Positions 37,331 to 48,926 of a stretch of DNA of 64,000 nt are shown piece by piece (the first letter of the stretch is position 1; each line of letters begins with the position of its first letter). Source of the stretch: Epiperipatus broadwayi (taxonomy: Eukaryota; Animalia; Onychophora). The stretch is taken from NCBI GenBank assembly GCA_028023455.1, contig JAQFVV010000008.1:7068001-7132000 (forward strand), read 5' to 3'. The translations under genes and the position numbers were made by a program. Under the pieces are notes generated by a model, which was not told where the DNA came from, did no database searches, and worked only from the letters and a program-made list of their open reading frames with translations.

Positions 37331-38574
37331 AAACAGATAATTTTACAAGTCATGCAGTATCTCTCATTTAATATTCAATAGCTTGCATAGATATTTAAAT
37401 TTTGTGGCCAAAGGAGTCCTAAAATTATTCTAAGCATAATAGGGCTCATTATTTAATAGTTCAAACAATTTCAGGTATTTAAAGAAACCATCCTGAACTG
37501 GAATTGAACTGAAGACAAACAAGAGGATATCAAAGAATATAGTTAATGCTTAACTAAAGGATAATTTTTTTTGACAAATGTGAATATTCAAACTATTTAA
37601 TGTATCCATATGTTACTGTAATATAGTTCTACTGATTTTTTTATTTCATTTGCATTAATGAATATGATGTTAATTTGTGAACTCAATCTACTCTCATTTA
37701 TTCTCTTTTTTTTTTATGTGTACATGATGTTATTCTATGATTAATTAGTTAAGAATAGTTATTATCTGTAATTTTCACTGTCTAGAATCCAGAAGCAAAA
37801 ATAGGGAAAAGTTTTTAAAATATAGAAAGATTATTACAAGTCTTCAGAACAAACCTTTATTCTAAAAGCTGGCTAATAGCATGATTTTTATCAACATTAG
37901 ATAAGAATAAAAAGCTTTCTTTAGCAGATTATATCTTTTACTAACATTTTGAGTTGGATGAAATATCTAAAAATATAGCTAGCACTCGGAATATATATAT
38001 TGAAATAATTTTTAAAAATTATAGAGTGCATCGTTGATCAATACCACCAGTAGATGGAAAGTTAGACATTTAAGATTTTTTATTATGATTAAATCTTTTA
38101 AATTAACCTGTACTAATAATAATATATGTGTGTTTCATTTCCAAAAATAGAGCACTATATATGTTGCATTATCCTCAGTTGTCATAACGTTACATATGCC
38201 TGCAAGCTATATTGATCAAATTCAAATTCTGTTACAATATTTATATATAACTTAAATTCAAAAGTTGTATTGATTTTTTTTCCCCATAAAAAAACATTAT
38301 ATATGATAACAAATCAAAATAATATATTTTTTAATAATAAATTTACAGTTCAAAGTTGTGCTTTATCAATTTTTCAAATAAGTGTTATATTTTTTAAAAA
38401 TTAATTTTCATTATGATTTAGTATATATAGATTTAAAGAACACATACATCCACAAAAATACAAAATTATCTATTGTCTATTGAAAATAATTATAAAGTAT
38501 TTAAAATTAATCCAACTGAATTTCTTTGTAATGTAATGTTCATTTTTAAATATTATAAATAAATATATTATTAA

Positions 38575-39069
38575 ACTACTAAACATCACACGATTACCAT
38601 CTCTTATGCTAGCACATAACAGTTATTAAACAGGCAAAATTCTCCATATAGTAGTGCCACCCTATGCCAACCAGAATAATCAATGGATGCCAGAAGGCTT
38701 GTGCATAAAATCTCCATCTAGTGCTTACTCATTCAATATCCCCAGACTACTTTCTGGTTTGTGGCCTTCATCAGTGACTATATAAGCTATTGAGCTTAGA
38801 TTGAAAATATTGTGTTTTCAATTTCATTCTCATAGTTTTGTAGTTAAGTAGAGATAAAAGGTGGCTGCTGGAGGATTCCTTTAGGTCCTAAGATCTAGGT
38901 GCAGTGCTCTCAGATCTAGAGCTCCTCACTGATGAAGGCCACAAGCCAGAAACTAGTTTGGGGATATTGGATGAGTAAGCACTAGATGGGGATTTTATGC
39001 ATAAGCCTTCTGCCATCCATTGATTACTCTGGTTGGCTCAGGGTGGCACTACTGTATGAAGAGTTTTGC
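38575..39069. mobile_element. Family A copy with two opposed hammerheads
   Basis: Inverted arms at 38630-38777 and 38922-39069, tail on the left. HHRs at 38738-38777 (-) and 38922-38965 (+). Confidence 0.9.
38922..38965 (+). ncRNA. Minimal type I hammerhead ribozyme, intact core
   Basis: CTCCTCA CTGATGA A-GGC-CACAA-GCC-A GAAA CTAG TT TGGGGAT. Predicted GUU cleavage after 38958. Confidence 0.75.
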
Positions 39070-39583
39070 TGCTTAAATATACTATGTTAAAATAATTTAA
39101 AATTATTGCTAAAACTTTATATGTATATGTGAGATATTTTATAGACTTGCATGTTCAGAATAGTTGAATATTTATGTGTTAAAAATTTAAAAAACAAAAA
39201 CAATCTGGCGTTGTTTATTTTAATTATAAGATATAAGATATGTATATATTTAATAAAGAATATACCAATATTTCTAAACAAGCTTATTTTTTTTTAATCT
39301 GACAATATAATCATATTTAATTATGATCTAATGAAGAATCGATAGATTTATTTATTTTTTGACATTGTTTATTTTAATAAGAAAGCATAAAATGTATGTA
39401 TTTAACGTTTGATAATATGAATGAAGTCATATTTAAGTAGAATCCCACCAAAAATGGAATTGTATATTTATTTTCTTTTATAGTATTCCAGTACAAAAGA
39501 TTTAGTTTCTTCTTATATGAAAGAGTAGATTAAAATAAATGTCGCTTAGTTATAATATTCATGAGGAACATGCACAATGATTT

Positions 39584-39693
39584 GTCTTGCGTTGTTAGCC
39601 GAGAGGTATCGCAGCCATCATGCAAGCAAGTAGTTGGTTGCAGACGGTTGTGGGTTCGCGTCCCGGCCGATGCTATGACATAGGAAAAAAAAA
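39584..39693 (+). mobile_element. tRNA-Gly-like SINE, second copy
   Basis: Same ends as the 29571 copy (GTCTTGC... and GGGTTCGCGTCCCGGCCGATGCTATGACA), A-tail, and 17-bp TSD AACATGC[A/G]CAAT[G/A]ATTT at 39567 and 39694. Confidence 0.9.
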
Positions 39694-40449
39694 AACATGC
39701 GCAATAATTTGCTATTTTAAAAAAAAGATCAAAGGTAAATTTTTCAGGAAATTCTTCCGGTAGCATGTGTAATTTTTTTTTTCCAATACCTATGTAACAA
39801 TATTAATTTTTTAAAAAGGCACCTTTACCTTCTTGGTAATAAAATATTTACAGTTGTTAAGACATTATTCGTTCACTAGGAACTGTATTCATTACACCCA
39901 TTAAAATCAAATTTAGTATTCATATTTGGATTACCCACAAACATATATACGTATATATTTTTTAAAAATCATTTGGAGTGTCTACATTGATAAAAATCTT
40001 TTCTTATTAACTTCTGACATGAATTAGTATTTTTTAAATTTAAAATTGACTAATGATTTCAGGCCTAGTAACTTCATATTTAAATATATTATTAACTACA
40101 ATAACATTTTATTTACAGTTTATTCAAAAGCGATATGAAATTATTATTTAAAAGCATAATTTTATTAATGATTTTAATATTTTTTTAAGATTTTAAATAA
40201 AGAAGATATATATTAAAGAATAAATTTTATTACTTCATGATTAACAAGCACTAAATAATAATAATAATAATTAATTGTTCAACAATTGAAAATCTAAATT
40301 AGATAAAGAAATATTTCTGTTTTTTATACATATATAATAGGTGTATAGAAAAAAATAATAGTAATACATTTGTTGATTTAGTATCCTGATTAAATTCCAT
40401 TTCATCAGTAATATAACTTATTTGATTTATTATTTCTACAATATGTGAT

Positions 40450-42190
40450 GTTGGTGTGATGCATTGTGACCTCCTTATACAGAGTCAGGAATCTCTCAGC
40501 CACTATGCCCAGAGAAACCTGTTAGCCACTTTATTTTCCCTTTTCATCCCCAGCCCTAAGTGTTCCCATATTCTTCTCTATCCTGCTCCATCCCATTTCC
40601 ACAACATAATCTTGTCAACTCCATAGCCTTCATAATCTTAAATACCCCTTATCTTTTCCCAAACCAAGCATAAAAACCAATAACCCACTTTCTATATAAT
40701 CACTTTGTTTATATTAATTCTTCTACAACTTCATTTTTTGTACCCTTTCTGCTTTCAAACATTTTCATTCAATTAACAGATGCCTAATATTTTCTATGCC
40801 TTCCTTACACAACTTGCAGACTAAATCACCCACATTTTTTTCATTTATGTATATATTCCTTTGTGTCTAAAGATTCTGTTCAAGCCTTAAACAGTAAACT
40901 ACTTTCCTTGCTATTATCATAAATTAACTTGCACCCAATATTCTGATCTATATATATGTTTAAACTCTTTTTACTCTCCATACTAGTTCTCCATCTCTCC
41001 AATGCATTATTCTTTATTAATGCATCTATTCTTCTATCCCACTCCTTACCACTATAATACTCAATAATTCTCCTAACATAATCATTCCACCTTTTGTATA
41101 AGTATACTGACATAAATTTTTTATCCAAATTTTCTGCATAGCATATTATCTTTCTCACCCATCCTGTTGCTTGCCTTTTACTCATAATCCAGCAGAAACC
41201 AAATGATTATACAAATAGTTTAATAGAATTAACAGTTGGATAAATAATCGTACATATATATATAGTTATAAGACAATTAAGTTTAACTTACGCACGCTGT
41301 CCATGAAGGCATACAAAAAACATAATCTAGACCGGTGTGGCCTGCAAAGTTCCTAGGTCCACTTTTTAACCTTCAGTGGTGGAATTCACTGGGTTTGTTC
41401 CGTTGCTAAGTTAAAACTCTTGACCTTCGTGTGCATTCAATGAGTTCTCCGCTACAAGTGCTGCTTAGTTATTTTTTGTTCCTTCTTTTTTCTTGTTAAG
41501 GAATGTTTCAGAAACCAATTAATTTTCAGCTATTGTCTACTTTTAGTAATCAGCACTTTTAATCTAGCTGCTTAATTAGTTTCTGATCTGAAGCTTATCT
41601 TTAATAGCGTACCAAATTTAATTACAAAATTCCTGTCTATTTCTTTTAATAAAACTTATTTTAATAAAACATTAATTATTATATATGTATAATTTTCTTT
41701 TAACAAAACATTATTATACACGTATATAGCATCCATAAACTGCAATCTAGTGAACATTTTCATTTTGCTTTTTGCATCTCTCATATAAAAACTTGACCAC
41801 CCCGTTTTTCCTTGAATTGCCTTCTTTGCCATTCACACATCTGCATCTAATGCATGTCTTCCTGCTTCTCTTTGCACTTTTTTTAAGTTGTCTAATATCC
41901 CTTTACTAATTTACTAACACATAATGCACTATTACCATATGTTAAACATGCTACTGCCACTCCCATACAATTCTATCTACATCATATTTATTATATGAAA
42001 ACGTTTGTTAATTTATTTATCAATCCCTTTCTTTTCTTTGCTTCATTTATCTATTTTTTCTCCCATTCATCCAAACAATTTCTCTGATTACTTAAGATGA
42101 TTTCCAAATAGTTATACCTATTCACCACACTTAACTTTATATCCCCCAATACAAATTCTTTGTCTTTTCTTTCCACAGTATTAATCATCA
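40450..42190 (-). mobile_element. LINE 3' fragment (post-RT region and CCHC finger) split by an insertion
   Basis: GVAVACLTYGNSALC, KVQREAGRHAL, WSSFYMRDAKSKMKMFTRLQFMD, WRTSMESKKSLNIY..YDNSKESSLLFKA and CKLCKEGIENIRHLL. This pattern is familiar from arthropod non-LTR elements. Confidence 0.8.
41145..41725. mobile_element. Unclassified 581-bp insertion with 7-bp duplication
   Basis: ATAGCAT at 41138-41144 and 41726-41732. Removing the insert restores the LINE frame RLQFMDAMQKIWIKNL. No TIRs and no clear poly(A). Confidence 0.7.
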
Positions 42191-42201
42191 TTACTTTTGA
42201 T

Positions 42202-42710
42202 AGCAAACTCTTCATACAGTAGTTTCACCCAGTGACAGCCTTAGTAATCAATAGATGCTAGAAGGTTTGTGCATAAAATTCTTATCTAGTGCATAGTCAT
42301 CCAATATTCCCAGATTATTTCTTGCTTGTAGCTTTCATTAGTGAGGGGCCTTGGATCTGAGAACATTGCACCTAGATTTTAGGATCTAATGCAACCCTCC
42401 ATCAGCCAGCTTTATCCTATTTATTTAATTATAAATCTATGATCCCAAGATGGAAACAATAATGTTTTCAATCCAAGCTCATTTGCTTGTATAATCATAT
42501 AGATATGAATCCAGTTCAATATTTATACATTTTGGTGTCTTTGGTTTTTTAAAACCACAATCACCATTATCCTATGGACAGAATTTATATAAAACCACTA
42601 AAACATACCATAATCACCATTTAGGATTTGCACTGGGTGACATTACAGTATAGAGAGTTTGCCACTGTATTAACAACATGTGAAAATGGTCATCATGTGA
42701 AGCTTTAGTG
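42202..42710. mobile_element. Family A copy: long left arm, short right arm plus tail
   Basis: Left arm 42202-42610 includes a mutated HHR (CTAATGA) and the upstream segment. Right arm 42620-42662, then tail to ~42710. Confidence 0.85.
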
Positions 42711-42889
42711 TTTTCATTTATTGTTTCTCAAAGTTATTAGTGCTATGAAGTTTATTTATTAAAATATTCAATTTGGTGCTAGGATTAATAAATTATTGCT
42801 TCATAATTAAACTTTTTGTTTTATTTTCTTTATTTATTTAAGCAAGCAGAAGGCTTAGATTTTATAAATTACATACTGAATCATTAACC

Positions 42890-43900
42890 ATTCAGAAGGA
42901 AATAAACCTCACATGTGCTGTTTATTTTTATTGTATGAATTTTACACACATTCACCTGTAATTCAGCATTTTAAAAGAACATGTGAAACATCTGATCTTA
43001 GTGCTTATTCATATATAAACCAACCCTTACTTTACCCTGCTTAACACAGGGTTTGATTTTTTTGTATACCTGAAAATTCAATTGACAAACAAGTTGTACA
43101 AAGTTAGTTCACAGGATAAAGAAAATTTATCATTTTAATCACTTGTGATTTTAAATACATATTAATGCAGAATATATGTAAATCAATAATTATTTATCCA
43201 GCACAGAATTTATCTGTAACTATTCAGAAAGAAATAAACATTCATATTTGCACTGCTTATTTATACCATGTGAATTTTATATGCACTCATTCATAAGTAA
43301 AAGGTTAGAAAAAACAAGTGAATCTTAGAGCTTATTCATATGTAAGCCAACCCTTATTTATCATGCTTAACTCAGCACTTGATTCTATTGTGTGCCTGAG
43401 TTAAATATAGCAAGTAAGGGTTGGCTTAAGTGATTCACATGTTCTTTTAAAACACTTACGGGTGATTGCATGTAAAATTCATACAGTATAAATAAACATT
43501 GCATGTGTGAAAGTTATTTCCTTCTGAATAATTACAGATAGATACTGAACTGGATAAATAATTATTGATTTACTTATATTCTAAATTAATATACATTTAA
43601 AATTGCAGGTGATTAAAAATAAGAAATTTTCTCTCTCTTGTGAAATATAAATTAAGGCACACAATAGAATCAAACCCTGAGTTAAGCATGGTAAGTAAGG
43701 CTTGACTTGTATATGAATAAGTTCTAAGGTAAAGTAATTCAATTGTCCTTTTAAAACTCTTACTTAGAGGTAAGTGCATGTAAAATTCATGTAGTATAAA
43801 TAAGCAGCAGATGTGTGAAGATATGTTTCCTTCTGAATTGTTATAGATAGATACTGTACTGGATAAATAATTATTGATTTACATATACTGCTCATTAAAA
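42890..43900. repeat. Family E: two forward plus two reverse ~330-nt monomers forming a palindrome
   Basis: TTCAGAA[G/A]GAAATAAAC recurs at ~42892 and ~43222. The symmetry centre is at ~43395, with reverse copies to ~43900. Degenerate HHR-like motif at 43063-43113. Confidence 0.8.
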
Positions 43901-44286
43901 TATTTCATTTATTATTAGTTAAAATAATACTTAATAATATTTTTAATAAAGATTCTTGCTGTCCACTCATTTGGTCTGGATTATCTGAAAGATCTATAAA
44001 CAGTAAGATAGTGTTAAATAATTATGGTATTATATTTTAGATAATTTCCAATCTGATGACATCCTGCATAATTTATCGCACAATCAACATCTATCTACTT
44101 ATAGGTGTACTAATATTGAAACAGTCAGATTTATCCACCCACCTGTTTCACGTATTTTACCCCTACACCTATCCATATGCCAGGTTTAAAGCCTCTCAGA
44201 GTACCCATTTAAACAACCTTAAATTACTATATATGCAAAATCATATATATATATATGAACGGTTAGTCTGTAATTTAATAGTATAT

Positions 44287-44478
44287 GTATATATTACAGA
44301 TATATATCCATTTTATAAATATTTCTAGTTTAAGAAATATTTTAGTTTAAATTATTTAGCCAATTTTATTGTTATGTTATTGGTATATATTACAGATATG
44401 TATCCATTTTATAAATATTTCTAGTTTAAGAAATATTTTAGTTTAAATTATTTAGCCAATTTTATTGTTGTGTTTATT
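44287..44478. repeat. 96-bp tandem duplication
   Basis: GTATATATTACAGATA at 44287 and 44383; the units are nearly identical. Confidence 0.9.
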
Positions 44479-44829
44479 GAAATCGCATATGTTTATAAGC
44501 CATTTCCATTGTTATTCTGCATGTATGGTAATAAAATTAGTTTTCTACTAATTATCAAAGTAACTTTTCCAAAATCACTTGTAATTTTTGTAAACAACTT
44601 TTAAATGAGGTCACACAATAGTCCTAAAATAGCGTGAACTTGATTTTATAAATCTAAAATGTTAATAACAATTTCACAGAATTTTATAGCATTATTGCAA
44701 TAAACAGCAGGAGGAAAAAAGTAGAAAAACAAAATATAAATTAGTTGGCATAATTAAAAATGTTTTTCTAAAATAAATAAATGGGGTTTTCTACTAGCTT
44801 TGGCTATTAAATATATTTTTCTAAAATAA

Positions 44830-46020
44830 GTAAATGCGGGTGGCCAGAGTTAGAGAAGTATAAATACTTAAAGTTTTGTTGCCAAGGAATCGATCATATA
44901 TATAATAAGTGAATTGTAAACGGAACCCACATCCATTTTATCTTCAGAATGGTGGGGTAGTAGGCCATAATTTACCGCCTCTCTCCTTTACTGGGAATGG
45001 AAAAAGAACTTTGGTCCAATAAAATATAATGCTGTACACCAGCAAAGCAGCCCATGGAAAAACCTCCATTAACTTTAAATCATCACCAAAAGTGTCAACT
45101 TATTATCGTCTCAAGTGCCCAGAACTAACTGCAATGAAAACAGCTGATTGATAAATTGATAAACTTTCTGTCAGAGCTCTGTTCATAAACTGTGACTTTC
45201 AATTCTTTCTTTTAAAAGCTAGCTATTTATTAAATCTGCCTTTCCCAAATGCCTTTTCTAAAATCTGCGAAGGAAACTGTTAAATGCTAATGTTTAAATC
45301 TTGTCTGATTGTAAAACTCGAATTCTCTTTTAAAATGTAAAACTCTAATACTCTATTTTAAATTAAATGTATAATTTTCTGTGGTCTTTTATGCCTATTG
45401 CTAATCTATTCAATTTATTCTATAATTTTTTATTATTTTAATATTATATGTATTTAATATGCCAAATAACTCGAAACCGCGAGTACGTATAAGTATAATT
45501 TTAGCTTATCAATCTGCGAAGATAATTTCAAATCTTCGCTATAATAAATATAATAAATAATTGAATTATTATTTTTCTCACTCACTGTTTCGAGATCATA
45601 TTATTATTTTACTGATTAATTTTTGGGTATTAATATTCTAATAATCAGTCATTCTCTAGTTAAAATTGTAGTTTGCTTAACTCTAGTTATGAATTATAAC
45701 TATTTATATATGTAACTCGTACATCATAGGAACTAGCCACAGAGATATTCTCAAAGCATATTTTAATGTTTTATTCGTAATTATCCCTCAAATATGCTTT
45801 GTCCTCCTTAGATTTATATATGTTGAGATGCAGGTGATAATATTAAACTAGGTTACTAATTAATTTAGTCCCTAAATAGTATATTTGAAATACTAAATTT
45901 GAGAACTGGATTGTATAGATATGCAAATAGACGCTATCTAATTTTAAGGCATGATAATATAATTTTACGTATTTGCATTATATATATGTATAAGTTGCGG
46001 ATGTGTCCTTACTAAGTACG
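44830..46020. promoter_or_regulatory. CpG-retaining island, probable promoter
   Basis: Many CpGs in non-repeat DNA (e.g. CTCGAAACCGCGAGTACGT at ~45471), adjacent to the candidate first exon. Confidence 0.5.
44976..45069 (-). CDS. Candidate first coding exon with signal-peptide/TM-like N-terminus
   Basis: MEVFPWAALLVYSIIFYWTKVLFPFPVKERG plus 1 nt, then donor GCG|GTAAAT (phase 1). It lies just downstream of a CpG-retaining region. Confidence 0.45.
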
Positions 46021-46607
46021 CAATGTACAATTATCTGCTTGCTGCATGATTCTTGATGAGTTGCTGGCAGAGGTCACACTTATCCACTTAGTTCGGGTAA
46101 AGCACACACTTTTAGAACTAGGGCACAAGGACCTAGATTATTCATAATTAATGCTTATCCAACTCCCTGAACTACTGATGTTCCTATTCATAGCAAGTTG
46201 AGTGATTGTAGGGCAACCGAGCCTTTGGAGGCTGAAGCCCATGAATAATGACCCATTCGCACCTTCTATCTTTATTAATATTTTAATATGTGCCATAGAG
46301 TATATAGGTAAACCTATAATAAACCAGTTTTCTATCCCTTTATATTAAATGCTTATCTAGGATCAGTGTATACCCTAATCTAGGTTAACACACTAACCTG
46401 TGTATCTCTGAGCTTGACTATATGCTCGACTTAATTAGATATATAGATAGATGCCATAGGAGCACTATTAAGTTAGTTATATAACTTTGGCTATAAAGTT
46501 CAGTATGATTTAGCAGACTACAAAAGAGCTAGAAATTTGTCATATTAATATAGGCATAAACTCCAATACCACACTACATTTTATTGAACACTTATTATGA
46601 GAGAATA

Positions 46608-47118
46608 TGTAACATTAATCTCATTAGTTATGCAATGCCTGCATGCGTAATCTCTCACGTTCTCCTTACATAATTGTGTATATTTTGATTTACTATTTGT
46701 TATTGTTTTATTAAATTAATAATATTTAAAATTATAACTCGTTTTCATATTTTTATTGTCCGTGAGTTCATTTTACCCAACTCTAGATTTAATTGCACAG
46801 ACATCATTATATCTATATGTGGATCATTCTATTAAATTTCATAATTAATCATTGATATATTAATTAATCACTTAGTCGTATGTGTGTATATCTGACCAAA
46901 TCAGTGTTAAATCAGATAATTTATGAGTCTTATTTTACGCTGAGTGACTGCCAGACCGAGGTTAAATTGAATGTCTGTCTAAGTTGTGAAATGTCATCCA
47001 TAGGATATTAGATCATTGAGCAGAGGTGAAAGGATTGAATGTTGGTCGGATTCTGGATCCCAGCATCCGGATTTGATCAGCTTTAGTGTATTTTGCCTGT
47101 GTTCTAGATTTTGTTACA
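46608..47118 (+). mobile_element. 511-bp LTR-like sequence with PBS-like TGG
   Basis: Begins TGTAACA and ends TGTTACA (perfect 7-bp inverted ends), followed directly by TGGAGG. The internal region is absent, and family B begins 25 bp later. Confidence 0.55.
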
Positions 47119-47142
47119 TGGAGGGACAATTCTTATATATAT

Positions 47143-48750
47143 AGAAGGAATTTGAACTGAAACTTTCAAGCTCTCTCTAACCATATACTCCAGTCTATAC
47201 AACTGGTGCTCATAATCATATATGTGTGAAAAAGATAAATGATCTCCAATATACACACCCAGCACTCATCAGTTGGTCCAGATCATAATCTTCCACATAC
47301 ATATATAATCAATGGGCAGACTTCAATCTTTTCCAATTCTTCAGCCATCCATAGTATTAAAAATCTGATGATAGAATGCTCAAAGCCCTTGTTGATGCCA
47401 ATATTATTGTCATACCCATGCTGACTTTAAGTCACTCTGACATCTCATGTATAGGACTTTGAAGAGGGATGGGCAGACTATAGGCTGAATATATAGTATT
47501 TAAATACAGGTAGATTGGATATACTGAAGTTAATGAAATTAGAAGGAATTTGAACTCAAAACTTTTAAGCTCTCTATAACTACCCATTCCATCATATACA
47601 ACTGGTACACATGACCACATTCATATGAAAAAGATAAATGATTTCTAATATACACATTTCATGCTGAACCAGCCCTCCATCAGTTGGTCCAGATCATAAT
47701 TTTCCCACACATGTATATAATCAGTGCTCACTTTATATTGCAAATCTCCAAACTTTAATGGGCAGGCTTCAATCTTCTCCAACTTCCAACTCTTCAGCCA
47801 TCTATATCATTGAAAATCTTGTGTATTTAAAAGGACATATTAAGGTCCTATACTTGAGGGTCAGAGTGACTTAAAGTCAACATGGGTATGACAATAATAT
47901 TGGCTTCAACAAGGGCTTTGAGCATTCTATCATCATACACAAGATTTTCGATGATATGGATGGCTGAAGAATTGAAAGTTGGAGAAGGTTGGAGCCTGTC
48001 CATTAAAAATTGGAGATTTGCAATATAAAGTGAACACTGATTATATACATGTGTGGGAAATTATGATCTGGACCAACTGATGGAGGGCTGGTTCAGCATG
48101 AAATGTGTATATTGGAAATCATTTATTTTGTTCATATGTATGTGGTCAAGTGTACCAGTTGTATAGGATGGAGTGGGTGGTTATAGAGAGCTTAAAAGTT
48201 TGAGTTCAAATCTCTTCTAATTACATTAACTTCAGTATATTTAATATATTTGGATTTTAAATGCTATATATTCAGCCTATATTCTGCCCATCCCTCTTCG
48301 TGTATTTAAATGGACATATTAAAATCCTATACATGAGATGTCAGAGTGGCTTAAAGTCAGCATGGGTATGAAAATAATTAGCATCAACAAGGACCTTGAG
48401 CATTCTATCATCATATTTTCAATAATTCTATCACCAGATTTTCAGTGGCATGGATGACTGAAGAGTTGGAAGGTGGAGAAAATTGAAACTTGTCTATTAA
48501 AGTTTGATAATTTGTTACCTTAATATAAACTGAGCACTGATTATATATATATATATGGGAGATTATGATCTGGACTAATTCACAAGTGCTGGTTTAGCAT
48601 GATATTGGAGATCATTTATCTTTTTTACATGTATGTCATTGTGTGCATCAATTCTACAAGATGGAGTGGATAGCTCTAAGAGCTTGAAAGTTTGAGTTCA
48701 AATTTCTTCTAATTATATTAAGTTCAGCATAGACAATACACTTGTATTTT
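47143..48750. mobile_element. Family B locus 2: two reverse plus two forward monomers
   Basis: AGAAGGAATTTGAACT at 47143 and 47541; reverse-complement ends at 48218 and 48709, plus a ~40-nt tail. HHR motifs near 47240-47285 (-), 47640-47695 (-), 48065-48120 (+) and 48565-48612 (+, degenerate). Confidence 0.9.
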
Positions 48751-48926
48751 TAAGACTTAATAAGCCTCATATATATGTCTTCAATATAATTTTTTTTTTA
48801 TTTAATCAACAATAATTATTTTATTCTCTAAAGGTTTATTTTTCTATTACTTGTCTGCCTGGTCGTATTTTTCTTTTTCATAAAAGCTAACAAACATTGT
48901 GCACCAAACACTTTATCATTTAAACT

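Noticed and set aside
40880-41185. 101-aa ORF as a gene
   Set aside because: It is chimeric: the N-terminus comes from the 581-bp insertion and the rest is LINE C-terminus.
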